This document shows, piece after piece, positions 1-14,400 of a DNA stretch of 64,000 nucleotides. The stretch is from Podospora anserina (Eukaryota), in the NCBI GenBank assembly GCA_017654855.1, contig CM030332.1, positions 7,440,001 through 7,504,000 on the forward strand, written 5' to 3'. Both the position numbers and the translations under genes were made by a program. A model generated the notes under the pieces. The model was not told the origin of the DNA and did not search any database. It saw nothing but the letters and a program-made list of their open reading frames with translations. The number at the start of each line of letters is the position of its first letter. Positions within the stretch are counted from its first letter, which is position 1.

Positions 1-1522
1 CAAACAGCGACTCGTCTGGCTCTGCAAACTGTGGATGCCAGCCATTTGACGGGCAAGCCGACCTTCCGGATTCCCGATACTTCAGGAGAGCATCATAGGT
101 CCTGTCCAACAGAGGCTTCGCATACTCATTGCTGTCCATCTTGGTGGTGTCCTCGTTGTCGAGCTTGCGAGAAACAGCTTTGTCGATGGCGTTCCGGCGT
201 CGCTCACGCTCGGCACCGATGGCTCCAATTGGTCTCTGCACGCGGCCATTCGTTGAATCATGTATCTGCTGGTCCTGTTTGTCCAACTGATTTTGTGTCT
301 GCTTTTGCGCTTCTTGGTCCAAAGGGGAAAATTTTGAAGGCACCGCCGGACGAGGGGTGTACTGCCCATCATAGTTGGACGGGAAGCCTGCTGGAAAGTA
401 CTCCATTGCCTTTTCGGGAGGAAGAGTATCGTGCACAGGGCCTTTCTTTGGGTCCTGGTCACTTGGTCGAAATGGGGTGCTCGAAGAAGATCGCCGCAAG
501 TCGGGGGAGGCGCGCGACTGCTGGGCAGTTGAACCGTAATTCCCAGACAAATTGTGCTGAAGCAGCTGGCTCGGATGCTCTGCATCATGCCCCCTGATGT
601 CTCCATCACGGAGAGCCATGTAGTTGACGCCAGCCTGAAAAGGCTGTCTGATGATGGAAGGTTTAGTCTGGTGCCCGATTGGAAAGAGGGGACGGGCCGC
701 GGAAGTTTCGTTTTGGCTTTCCAAACGGCCGATGCGCGCAGAAGAGGTTGTTGGATCAAAACCATTCCGCTTGAACTGACGCACGCCTGGAGGCCCTGCC
801 GTCAGTGGCCGAGGGGGTCCGGATGAAGCAGTGGAAGGAAGACCAGCAGGGTTGACTGTGGACCTATCTCTTCCAAATCCAATGTCAGACGTGGTAGAAG
901 ATAGAGGAGACGGAATCTCAGAACGACTGAGCAAAATGTTAGCTGGTCGAGCTCTCGCAAGTGCTTTTTGAGCAGCCTTCTGCATTGGATTGGGATAGGA
1001 TGCAAGATTGGTGAGACTCTTGACCGTCATCTTTGACGATATTAGGGTGTCCTTGGATGCAACACCATCCTCATCGTCCAATACCGAAGGAGCTGTAGGA
1101 GGAGGAGGAGGAGGAGAAGGAGGAGGAGGAGGAGGAGGAGGAGGAAGATTTTCTGACCGAAATTGAGGAGGCATCGTCATAGCGAGGTACTCCTGTTCGT
1201 TGATGGGGCTGAGGGCACGATCGTAATTCTGCTGGAGAGGCGTATACTGCTTCAGCACGGCGGCCGTAGTAGGCGGAGACGGAGGTGATTTCTCCTTCAG
1301 AAGGGCCCTCAAGGGATCTGTGAAGTCGAACGGGTCTCCTAAAGGGGACTCCGGAGGTTGGGGGAATCTCCTAGTTCTTGGCCGTCTGGTGGGCGCCTGA
1401 ATGGGGGCTGCTGCGCTGGGGTTGTAAATGGAACCCACCGTGGTGTAGGTTGGTTGCTTCTTGGCTTCCACGTCTGCAGCTGCGGTCATGGAGATCTTGG
1501 AACACGATGAAGCTACATCCAT
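1..1522 (-). CDS. Hypothetical proline-rich protein, 3' end runs off the left edge of the window
   Basis: ATG at 1522 (MDVASSCSKISMTAAADVEAKKQPTYTTVGSIYNP...QYTPLQQNYDRALSP...poly-Pro). The same frame is still open and protein-like at base 2 (...AKPLLDRTYDALLKYRESG...FAEPDESLF). It is absent from the ORF track, consistent with having no stop inside the window. Confidence 0.8.
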   Translation of the reverse strand, partial: MDVASSCSKISMTAAADVEAKKQPTYTTVGSIYNPSAAAPIQAPTRRPRTRRFPQPPESPLGDPFDFTDPLRALLKEKSPPSPPTTAAVLKQYTPLQQNYDRALSPINEQEYLAMTMPPQFRSENLPPPPPPPPPSPPPPPPTAPSVLDDEDGVASKDTLISSKMTVKSLTNLASYPNPMQKAAQKALARARPANILLSRSEIPSPLSSTTSDIGFGRDRSTVNPAGLPSTASSGPPRPLTAGPPGVRQFKRNGFDPTTSSARIGRLESQNETSAARPLFPIGHQTKPSIIRQPFQAGVNYMALRDGDIRGHDAEHPSQLLQHNLSGNYGSTAQQSRASPDLRRSSSSTPFRPSDQDPKKGPVHDTLPPEKAMEYFPAGFPSNYDGQYTPRPAVPSKFSPLDQEAQKQTQNQLDKQDQQIHDSTNGRVQRPIGAIGAERERRRNAIDKAVSRKLDNEDTTKMDSNEYAKPLLDRTYDALLKYRESGRSACPSNGWHPQFAEPDESLF

Positions 1523-3004
1523 TGAGACGGTGAGTATTTTGGCAATCAAGCTGCAGAAAAGCGGATCCAGAGCGAGAGGGTGTGAATGTGATGGGTGATG
1601 AACGAGCTCGAAGGTGGATCAGATGTGGTTTCGAGAGCACCAGTTTTCAAATCGAACGAATTTCTTTTTCTCTCGGGGGATGAAATGATTATCGAACTGT
1701 ACGGAAGAGTCGAAGATTGAAGAATGATGAGTGGGAATTGAGACTGGGGAGTGAGAGGGTGACGCGTGGATAAGTGCTGGTGTCGAGATGGCGAGGAGAA
1801 GAATGGAGGTTGGACATACCGCTGCCACGGGGCCTGTATGTGAACCCTCTGTTGTTACCTCCTGCAAAAGAATTCATCGAGTTGTAGGCGTGGTCTCGGA
1901 ACATGTTTTCTCTTTCGCTGGCAAAGCGAGGCAGCTGCTCTTTCCGGCAGGTGAGGTGGTGGGAACGGTGAAGGGGCTGTTGGAAGGCGCGCGGTGTCGT
2001 GGAGCTCCACGAAAGATTCGCACGATTTGCCGTCCGAAAGGTAGTGGGGGAAACGGCGCCAGCTCTCGAAAACTGGAACCGTTGTCCTGTGTGGCTTGAC
2101 CTGCAAGCAGAGCAGCACTTTCCACAACAGTCCCGGGGGGCGCTGGGAGTTGGAAGAAGGTGGCCGGCGGAGCTGCTGGTGAGTCTCTCCTGCCTGGGTT
2201 TGGGTTGCTCTTTCCCGGGCTGGCGGGATTGTACTTTCCACACCGGTCAGGATCTCAAGGTTTAGACGAAAAGGGAAGGAAGGTGTATCGCAACATGTGG
2301 CAGCCTGCGACTTCTGACAGTCACGCTCTTTCCCGATCGCAATATACTAGGCACGTGAGACTTTAGGAACCTTCAGGATCACGACATCACTTTTGGAACT
2401 CCGCAATGAGGAAATGGATAAGGTAATTTCAGATATGGCCAGCCTTCTGGAGTCTTTGGCAAGAGCCGCTCATTTCGACTTCCCCAGAGAAAGTGAGAAC
2501 AGCCCCAAGAAATATCAGCAAAATCTCCGACATTATCCACACCCCTTCAACGGTTTGGCCATCTGAATTTATTCTCCCCCACCAGTCGTTCAAGCACGAG
2601 TGCCGAATGATTACTATTATTCATTATTCAAGAATCGCGGTGAAGATGTGGTCACTTCATGGATGTCAGAAGAATATCAAGGCACACCAACGGTGATAAA
2701 ATTCCTACTTCGCCCGCAATGTTTTGGCCACCGATGAAGACCTTCGATCGCAGTACTGAAGAGACAAAAGCACAACGCACACAGCAGCAAAGCCCGGATA
2801 CAGAAGCAAAAAAAAAAAAAAAACAGTTCATGTCCCATGATACCATACATAGTCATTCCCGCACGTGAGAGCGCAATCCCAATTCCATACCCAGAACACA
2901 GATATCCGTCATGAAGCCCGTCGTTATTATCCCCGTATCTTGATCCCCCCCATATGTCCTGGACTTCCTTCTCTCCAATAACCCTAACCCCCCATCACAA
3001 CCTA

Positions 3005-5959
3005 CTACTGCTCATCCTCCTCCTCGATAACCCCCGGCGTAGCCCTCTCCCGTCTCCTCTTCGGCCTCCTCATCCGATTACTGCTGATCTGACTGGCCGA
3101 ATCATCCGGCGCCAGCTCGCTCATCTCATCAGCCCCCCACTCGCTATCCGCCCCATCGACGCTCTCGTCATCCGCCCACCCAGGCCGATCATACACCCCG
3201 CTCGACCCGGACAGCGGCAGGACGTCAATCCCCCTCATCCCCAGACCTCCCCGTCGCTGCTGCAAGCTCATGCTGAGCGCCGCGCCCCTTCTCCTCAGCG
3301 CATCCCTGACACCCATAGCCTGCTCGTGGAGCTTCTCGAATGCGTCCTCGAGCGCTTCCATTCCGTTGAAGATCTCTCTTTCCAGTTCCGCTAGACACGC
3401 AATCTCGGTTTCTTCGTCATGAGTGATGGATGCTCTGTTGGAGGGATAAGAAGACGACGCAGCCGAAACACCGCTGATGAAGGAAGCTGGCGTCGGGCCG
3501 CGGGAGAAGCCGCCAAAGGGAGTGGCATTCCTTGACATTGGCCCGCCAACCCCGCCGAAAGGGGTAGTCGTTCTCGACATGCCGCCGCGAACACCCGGGC
3601 TCATCAGGCGGGAGGGCATGTTGCTCGCCGGTGTCGTTAGGCGAGAAGGGCCTTCGCCAAAGGGGATACCGTCATCCTCGGCGCCAGACCACAAGAACCC
3701 ATCAAATCGTCCCGAGATCAGAATCTCCCACTCCGAGGAGGTGATTTCCGAAATGGTCACCAAGAGATCGTGCCAGCAGCCTGGGTTGCGGACGAGGTAT
3801 ACCGCTGCCTCGGCGTCACGCGGGGCCACCGGGAGACGGTAAAGTCTCTGAAGAGACAAGCCAGCCTTGACAACAAAATCATTTCTTGACTTGCGCGCCG
3901 GTGTCGGCGCACGGTTCGCGGGCTGGAGCTCCCTAGAGCCAGTAAGAAAGGCGTTGAAGTAGGGCCTTTCATCCGTGTCTAGGTTGGTGAGAATCGCAAA
4001 ACTCAAGGTCTCATCATCGACTTCGGTCGGGGGAGGGGCGGGCGTCTTTTCGCAATTGACCATCCACTTATCAACCGCCATCTTGACCCGTTGCGTCTGG
4101 CGCAGGTAATGCTCTCTGAACTCCTCGGCAATGTCGGGGTCCATCTTTACCGGCGACGACGGACGAGGGGGGACGTCAGCCAATTCTTCCACGGCCTTGC
4201 CCGCAAGCATCGAGAAGTCAAAGGGTGGCCACGGCGGTAGCTCAACCCGTCCACTGACACGCTCGAGCACCTCTCCCCAGCCGAGTCCTCTGTTGACCTC
4301 ATCAGACCTCTCGCACATGACGCAGTTGCACCCATGCGGAGGCAGATCCCTGTTGAAAACATTCTCCAGCCGGTCCAACAGGCGACGGGCCACTGTTCTG
4401 TGTCCCGTGGCGACAGCGACCGAGCCACTGCCGTTGATTACCGTCTGGTACTGGTTGAGGAGGTTGAAGAACGGCGCGAAGAGCGTCTCGGCACCTTGAA
4501 GGGGTGGGTTGGAGGGTCGCGTGCCATTTTGCCGTGGCAGTACCGAAAGAAACTGCCTTGGTACTGGCTGCGGGAGACCACCATTCTGCATGAGATAGTC
4601 AACCCTCGGAACATCCTGAGGATCGATAGACGCCGGCGGTGGAGGCGGGGGAGGGGGTGGAGGAACGGCACCGGTGGGATGGATCGCCGGAGTCGCCGAA
4701 GGGGTAGGCAGATCGGAGGTGCTGTAGTGGTTATTGTCATGAACATCAGAGGTGGCATAGTGGTTGACGTCAGAAGTAGCATAATGATCCTTCCCGCCGG
4801 GCAACACGGGCGGTGGCGGCGGAGGAAAGTTCTGTGTATGCAATGGGGTCTTGGGAGAAGAATCAACCGCAGACTCGGGGGATGAGTCGGTCTCAACCCG
4901 AGGCCTGGTCGATTGAGTTCGTCTAGGGAGGACTTGTGTGGCATCCGAATCCACAGTCGAAGGATTCGTGATTTCTGAACCCTCCATCTTGGACTGTCTT
5001 GTAGACGGAGCTGCTCGCAACACGAATGTGGCCTGGCTGGAAGCCCTCGACAGCTTCGACTTTGACTCGTGCTTCGAAGCCGCTCTCGACACATACGAGT
5101 TTCTCGACCCTGGCCTGTCATCTTCCTGCTGCGAAGATGGAGTGCCGGACCTCTTCTTTGGGTCTGACAGGTCTGTCTCGGGCGGTGAAGGGGGTCTATC
5201 GTCCTGACGCGACTGTTGTCTGGTCGACTTTTGTCGGGTAATCCCAGGCGAGTTTGTTGACTTGGACCGCTTCATCTCGCTGCTACCGAGATCGGTGGGC
5301 TCGGGAGTGGGGGGGTCCGTCCGTCTAGCCGGAGTCGAGACATCCTCTTTGCTGTACAGAGCCTCCTTGCTGTAATTCTTGTTGACTGAAGGGTACGGAA
5401 AGCTCACCCGCTCACCCAACCCTCTCGCCAACTCGGGCACCAGCTCAGTCATTGAGCCGGCAGCCGCCGACTTGCTACCGGGCTCGTCCTTGTCCATATC
5501 TCCTCTTGACCGGCGCTGACGGTGGGAATGCGATCGCGAAGTGTAAAGCAAGCCCTCGCTGTCGGTGGGCCTCTTGGAGGATCTCGTCGAGTGGTGCCGG
5601 CGGTGCGTCGACGACGAGAGCGACGAATCCTTGTCCTCTCTGTACCGATCCCTTTCGCCGTCCCGATCTCTGTCCCTCTCCCTCTCCCTCTCCCTCTCCC
5701 TCTCCCGGTCTCTATCCCGCTCCTTATCTCTGTATCTCGACTTGTCCCTCGGCGCCCTCTCCCGATCTACATCCCTTTCTCTGTCGCGCTCGCGGTAGTC
5801 TCGATCTCGGTCACGGTCTCTGTCTCTCTCTCTGTCTCGATCTCGGTCTTTTCGCTCCGAAGTCGTCCTGGAGGATCTGTGTCTCTTCACCGAGTCGCGC
5901 GATACAGGCTCTTCAGTTGCGACGGAGCCCTCGCCTTCCCAGTCTTTAGTGGATGGCAT
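3005..5959 (-). CDS. Hypothetical protein (984 aa): N-terminal RD/RE dipeptide tract, Pro-rich linker, folded C-terminal region with CxCxxC motif and predicted coiled coil
   Basis: Single 984-codon ORF; motifs PRVDYLMQNGGLP, GCNCVMC, LAELEREIFNGMEALEDAFEKLH. No function recognised. Confidence 0.88.
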   Translation of the reverse strand: MPSTKDWEGEGSVATEEPVSRDSVKRHRSSRTTSERKDRDRDRERDRDRDRDRDYRERDRERDVDRERAPRDKSRYRDKERDRDRERERERERERDRDRDGERDRYREDKDSSLSSSTHRRHHSTRSSKRPTDSEGLLYTSRSHSHRQRRSRGDMDKDEPGSKSAAAGSMTELVPELARGLGERVSFPYPSVNKNYSKEALYSKEDVSTPARRTDPPTPEPTDLGSSEMKRSKSTNSPGITRQKSTRQQSRQDDRPPSPPETDLSDPKKRSGTPSSQQEDDRPGSRNSYVSRAASKHESKSKLSRASSQATFVLRAAPSTRQSKMEGSEITNPSTVDSDATQVLPRRTQSTRPRVETDSSPESAVDSSPKTPLHTQNFPPPPPPVLPGGKDHYATSDVNHYATSDVHDNNHYSTSDLPTPSATPAIHPTGAVPPPPPPPPPPASIDPQDVPRVDYLMQNGGLPQPVPRQFLSVLPRQNGTRPSNPPLQGAETLFAPFFNLLNQYQTVINGSGSVAVATGHRTVARRLLDRLENVFNRDLPPHGCNCVMCERSDEVNRGLGWGEVLERVSGRVELPPWPPFDFSMLAGKAVEELADVPPRPSSPVKMDPDIAEEFREHYLRQTQRVKMAVDKWMVNCEKTPAPPPTEVDDETLSFAILTNLDTDERPYFNAFLTGSRELQPANRAPTPARKSRNDFVVKAGLSLQRLYRLPVAPRDAEAAVYLVRNPGCWHDLLVTISEITSSEWEILISGRFDGFLWSGAEDDGIPFGEGPSRLTTPASNMPSRLMSPGVRGGMSRTTTPFGGVGGPMSRNATPFGGFSRGPTPASFISGVSAASSSYPSNRASITHDEETEIACLAELEREIFNGMEALEDAFEKLHEQAMGVRDALRRRGAALSMSLQQRRGGLGMRGIDVLPLSGSSGVYDRPGWADDESVDGADSEWGADEMSELAPDDSASQISSNRMRRPKRRRERATPGVIEEEDEQ

Positions 5960-7676
5960 TCTGAACCATGTCAGGTTTTACAGCCCAAACAGCCCGCCCT
6001 GAGCCAGCGGGAGGCTGCGGCTGCAATACTAGGGGGGGGGGTTAATCCGTGGTGGTGGAGGGTTGCAATCTGCACGACAGGACTTCCGCACAGTGTCGGG
6101 TGTCGGTTGCGGGAGTAGTGGAGGCAAGGTGATACTCGGCACCTCCTCGAGGACGTTGTGGGAGGGTGTCGTGGTTGGTTGCGGCGCAGATACGGTCCGC
6201 AGGAAGCAGGGCGCCGCGGCGGCTGCGGCTGTGGTGCTTGATTTGAACTCTTTGGTCGTCGGGCCCAGTTCAACCAACCGGTGTTTCGATCGGTGTGCGG
6301 TGCGGTGCGGTGCGACTTGCAAGATGGGTGAAAGTCGCGGTGGTGGTAATTTTCCCCTGTTGACGTCGAAGCGAGAGAAGAGAAAGAGAGAACAAAGCCG
6401 TGAGACCTTCTTTTGCAGAAACGACAGGACTCAACTCAGACCAAAACTAGCGTGCAGTTCCAGGTAGAGAGAATCACGCCCAAGCGATTCGATTTTCCAG
6501 TGCTCCCAGAAGAAGGCACACGCAGGGCCATTGGTTGCTCGATGCTGCTCCCGTTGTGATTCGATAGCGTCCTGGACAGTGCGCACACGGTGTTGTTCCT
6601 GGCAAGGTTGGGCTTCAACCAGCGCATCGAGTTTCAGATGGCAGGGCAGGTGAGAAGAAGGCAGCAGCACCCATCGGATGACATCACAGTGTGTCTAGCC
6701 CCGTCACTCGGTGAATTTCCACGGTGTGATGTGTCTGGCTGCGGGGACTTTGCAACGTTCAAAATCCACCTTCACCACCATCCACACTTTCCATGTCTTT
6801 TTTGATATTGGAAATGTATGCTCCCGAACACAGCATGAAGCGCACAGCATGTGATCATCACGGACTACGTCTCACAGTCACTGTCCCCCTATTCTCAGCA
6901 GCAGCAGCAAACAATCTGGCCTTCTCAAGAGCACACTGACCTCATCCAAAAGATCGGTGAGAGAAGTGTCTCCGCCCACCAACCACCTTTTTCCCATTTA
7001 TTACCCACCCCGTCTCCATCTGTAGCTCTTCTGAGACAGAGTTCGCAAGACTCTTGTTCTCGAAGTCAAGAACCCCGTGTCGGAATGCAATGGCGAAGCT
7101 AAGAATAACTTCCATCGGTGCATTCTCCAAGCATTAGCGCTCCTCCCGCATTGGCAGGAAACCCAATGACACTGCTGACAAAAACAATAGCCGCCAGCTG
7201 GATAGACAATCACATAAGTCACACCATCCATCCCGCATCACCAGACACACAGTTGTGAGGTGTTGAGTCATATTTGATCCTCTTCGCAGCTGTAAACTCA
7301 TTTGTAACAGCCAAGAGACTTTGAACTATTTCATAGCTCAAGTTCCGGGCATCACAGACATCATCCATTCAGTAATTAACTGTCTTGAGGCCACAACCCT
7401 AAGCCAGCACCTCAAACATCTTCAACATTCACCGAGCCTCTCAACCAGTTGTGTTGTGGTATTGTTTATCATTTGTCCCTATATTCCCTACATAACCCTT
7501 TTACCTTCCCTTAACCCTTTCAAAAACACAGAAACCAAAAAAAACAACCAAAAAAAAAAACAACAAAAAAAACAAAAAAAAACAAAAAAAAACAAAAAAC
7601 AAAAAGGAAAATAAAAATAAAAAAGGAACCATCTATCATGACACATTTCGCTCTTTCCCCGTTACTCGACCCATTT

Positions 7677-9812
<2,136 letters not shown>

Positions 9813-11456
9813 TCAAAAGAAGAGGTTTGAAGAAAAGGAGAGGGAGAAAGAGAAGTTGGAAAGCGAGAAGTGGGTTGGAGGTGGGTTGTATAAGTTAGTT
9901 TCTCACGTTCAGGTACACGGGTACCTCGACGGGTGGGCAGGTACCGGTCGTCGTCAGGGTATCGGATGGCGTGTGTGTGTATGTAATAAAGAGACGTTCT
10001 CTTGCTGCGGTAGCGGAGGTTCCTTTTTTCGGATCAAGATGTTACTAATCCGCTGGACCCTTATGGAAAATGCTGTCTGAACAAGCCGTTTTCTCGGTGG
10101 AATTTAAATATGGGGGCGGTCTATATATTTCCCTTCCCCATCCCATCCATCTCCTTACGTCCGTCCATGTCTCCGCGGGGCACGTTCTCTCGGAAACAAA
10201 TCTCTCTCTTTCCAAAGAGGCGATATCAGCGAGACATACCTCATCCATGTGTCTGCCCAGTCTCATCAGTCATAAAGCTGGGGAAGAAAGGTTGGGATAC
10301 GATGGCTTCATCCAGATGTCGCAACCTACACCCTCAATGATTGAACCATTGACACTCTGTAAAGCCCGCAGGAACCCTGAATGTATCAAAACATCAAACA
10401 AGGTCAACCCCTCCCCCCACTTTGACGTGCAACGCGGGGGAGGGGGGAGGGGCTAATATGTCCTCTTTCATGCCTGCCTTTCGTAGCTGGCTGGTCTTGA
10501 ATAGCCTCACTTCATTGTCATCCAGACATGCAACTTGCAAACCTCCCCGCCCCTACCCTCGTCCTCCACATCACCCCTTCTTCCCAATCGCAATTGGCCT
10601 CAAATCCCATTCTACAACTTCTCAATCATCGTCCTCCCCAATCCAAACAGTCTCCAGGCTCCCGGGTACACACCCCTCCATCTCGAAGACCCACAACCCA
10701 TCAATCAACCCGCAAGTCGCACCTTTTAGCTCGGATGACGTGCTCACCCATTGTTCACACGCAAAGTGGGGCCCTTCACTCACACACCCACTGCCACCCC
10801 CTCCGGACCTGAATCTGTCAAATCCAAGGGCATCCCGACTCCCGTAACGGCGGTTGTCGGTGGCTGTCGGTTTACGAGTCCGTTACCGGTCTCAATTGCT
10901 GAAAAAAACCCCGCCAAGTGATGTCGTCAAGAACGTGGGAAATTCCGATCTGGAAAACGTGATCGCTTTTTCGAGGCCTTTGGATGACAGGGCTGCCAGT
11001 GGATGCATATGGATAGTCCTTGGCATTTAACCCCATCTGTTGCTGGGTCAGAGCCATCAGCCGAGAGGGTTAGGGTTGCTATTGCTGAGCCCCTTTTTAA
11101 CCCCTGAGACACACCCATGGCTGGCACCGCTCTCTCACAGATAAATAAGCATAGATGAATGGTCACCACCCGTGTATTAATCTAACCGATCAAGCTTTTC
11201 CTCGACTCCAACATTGCCTCCTGCAAATACATAACAAAAGAAAGAATTAGACATGTTGTGGGCTCAGACCTGGCATTGCCAGAAATGCGTCAAAAAGTGA
11301 AAAAAAAATAAAAAAAATATATGTGCAACATCGTTCGATATTGTCAAGCAAGACATCAAACGTCAAAAAACAAATCTCAACAAAATTTCCATCACATCCG
11401 CCACATGTTTCTTCATATATTGGACAGGATCTTGGTTTTGTTGGTGCCAGCCTCAC

Positions 11457-14400
11457 TTATGGCTTCGGGTTGCGAAACAGTGAAGGCGCGGTGTCATTGA
11501 CACCGTGATGGTGGTCCAGTGGGCCCTGGCCATTCTTCAAAGGCGTGATGACTGCGATTGGTGGCGCTGAAGTTGAGATCGGTGCAGGGGCTGGCGATAC
11601 AACCATCGGCATGGTGGTGAAGCTTTCATGGCTCGATGACTCGACGCTGGTAGACGTTTCCGAAATACCAGTGCGGAAGCTGGTTCTGACTGGTACAGTG
11701 CCTACATAGAGGTTAGCCATGGTCCTTTTTCAGTCAGAAAGTGATACATACCAAGGCTTTGGCTAACCGTTGAGGTGACGTTCTTCCAGTACGAGGAGAT
11801 CACGGTCCCAGAGACGCGAGAAGAGATCAGTGTTCTGAAAGTCGTCTCGTTGCACGTCGTTGAAAAGGCCCCAGAGACAGTGGAGTGTGTCCTCGTCTTG
11901 TGATGATGATGCTTCGATTTTGAGTGGTGATGGCGTGTCGTCGTGGAATTGGTCAAACAGGTGGTATCTATGGAACTGGTGACGTTCGGATAGGGGAATG
12001 GCGCAGATGTGATACTACTCAAGGATGGCGTCGAGATTCCAGATGATGCACCCGGAGATGAAGTTATCACTGGCGCTGAAGATTCGGTGCCTGGAGTTGA
12101 ACTGCTCGTCAACGATATGCCAGTTGACAAGATGGGGCCTGTCGTCGATTCACCAGTTGACAATGGCGGGGCTGAGCCTGTACCAGTCGTGACAGTGATC
12201 ACCGTTGTTCCGCTGATGACAGTAGTTGTGGAGTTGATCAAAGGGTAAGGTGCAGTGCTTGATGGCAGGGTAGATGCAGAGCTGGAAATTCCGGTTCCAA
12301 TGGTTCCCGGAGAGGAGTACGGCGCGGTCCCAGATGAGTTAAGAGGAGGGAAGCTGCTCGAGGGACCTGGAAGTGGGGGAATAGCCGTGGGCCCAGAGGT
12401 TTCTGTTGAGTTCGGGAAGGGGAATGGAATAGACGAGAGACTGTTGGTGGACACAGGCTCAGAACCACCAGTCTCAGTGACAGTTGTCCCTGATACGACA
12501 GTTGGATTGATGGGTATTGTCGAGTTTCCTGCTGGATATGGCGGAGTCGATGATCCTGAAATGCTCGATACCGAAACGGTCCCTAAGCTACCACTCTCAG
12601 TAGTGATTGTGCCCAAAGCGCTTGAGGGCCCAGACTGAACTCCAGGAATGGTTGTGTTCGGGAAGGGGTACGGAACTGAAGTCGATGGAAGGCCCGGCAC
12701 AGATGTCGCTGGACCTGTCCCTGACGTGCTGCCTGTACCTGGAGGGCCCGATGACCCCGTAAGCCCAGTGAGCGAGGTTGAGTTTGAAAGAGGATACGGG
12801 GCCGAGGGTTGTGATGTTCCAGGGATGCTGGTGGTCGGAAGACCAGTTCCAGAACTGGGAATGACACTTCCTGTGACTGATGCCGAAGAGCTAGGCAAGA
12901 CTCCCGTTCCAAAAGGTTCAGCTGTCGTGGTGCTGGTTGTATTCCCAAAAGGGTACGGTGCAGTGGAGGATGTGCCCGTGGACAATCCTGTACCAGAGCC
13001 AGCCGTAATTGTTGAAGTGGCATTCGTCAATGGATAAGGAGTGCTTGTCGTCGGAAGACCAGATGAAGGACTGGTACCTGTCAGACTGCCTGGGACAGTG
13101 TATGTTACATTCGGCAATGGGTACAAAGGAGTTGTGGACGAAAGGGCTGACGTCGCGCCAGTACTGCCGCTAACAGCTGAGTATGTAACATTGGGCAGTG
13201 GGGACGGTGGACTGCTCGTAGGAAGACCAGAGGAAACTCCGGTACTTCTAGTGATGCCCCCGGAAGTGGTGTTCGGTAATGGATATGGCGGGCTAACTGT
13301 TGGCAAGCCCGATGAAAAACCTGTGCCTCCAGTTCCGCTCTCCGCTGGGGTATATGTGCTATTGGGCAAGGGGTAGAGTGGAATACTCGTAGACAGACTC
13401 GATGATACGCCTGTGCCCCCGGTGGCTGTACCAATCGGTGTCATTGTGGCATTGGTCAATGGGAATGGCGGAACAGTTGTTGAAAGACTTGAAGAGGTGC
13501 TTATCCCTCCAGTGGCACTAGCAGGCCCAAAAGATGTGGTGTTCGAGAGCGGGTACGGCGCAGTGGTCGTTGGTAGGCCAGATGAGGGGACACTGCCGCC
13601 GGTTGTGACAGTTGAGTTTGGAAGCGGGTATGGAGGGCTGGTGGTTGGGAGGCCGGATGAGGGTCCTATTGAGCCAGTGCCGGCTGGGAAAGATGTGGCA
13701 TTCGTCAAGGGATAGGGGGCATTCGTTGTCGGAAGCCCAGATCCACTACCTGTTCCTTCAGCTGGACCGCTAAATGGTCCTATAGTGGTTTCATTTGTGA
13801 AAGGATAGGGCGCGCTGCTACTAGGGGGAGCAGAAGAGGATCCAGTTCCCCCTGTTGGCCCTCCGGTAGGACCGCTGGTTAACCCAGTCACCGTCCCATT
13901 TGTCAAGGGATAAGGTGCGCTGCTGCTCAAAGGCGCTGATGAGATCCCTGTCCCACTACTCGAGCCACCGGTAGAACCGCCGAATGGGGTTGTAATGGTG
14001 CCATTTGGATAAGGATAAGGCGCGATGCCAGTGGAGAGAGACGTTGAAGGAGCCGTCCCAGTACCGGCAGTCCCAGTAGGAATAGGCGAAGTCACATTCG
14101 ACAAAGGATATGGTGCTGTGCTAGACGGTGCAGTGAGACTGGGGCCTGTCCCTGTCACACCGGCAGTCGTGATAGCATTGGTAGTCGAGTTCGGGTAAGG
14201 ATATGGTGCTGCGCTGGAAGACTCAATCACAGGAATGCTTGTTCCCCCAGTGACTCCTCCTGTCGATAAAGGCGTGGTTGTATTTCCGAATGGGTATGGA
14301 GTGCTGCTCGTGGGATAAAGAGAGGAATCCCCGGTGCCACCTGTCCCGGATGCTGGCGGCACAACCGTTCCTGTCCCTGGTAATGAACCGCTTGGCCCAG

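Noticed and set aside
31-1005. ORFs 31..597(+), 82..765(-), 554..826(+), 802..1005(-)
   Set aside because: Alternative-frame or antisense shadows of the minus-strand CDS starting at 1522.
7521-7625. A-rich tracts (also 2807-2823, 36881-36939 and T-rich 30012-30053) resembling retroposed poly(A) tails
   Set aside because: No TSD or associated LINE/SINE body; they lie in 3' UTR/terminator regions as low-complexity sequence.
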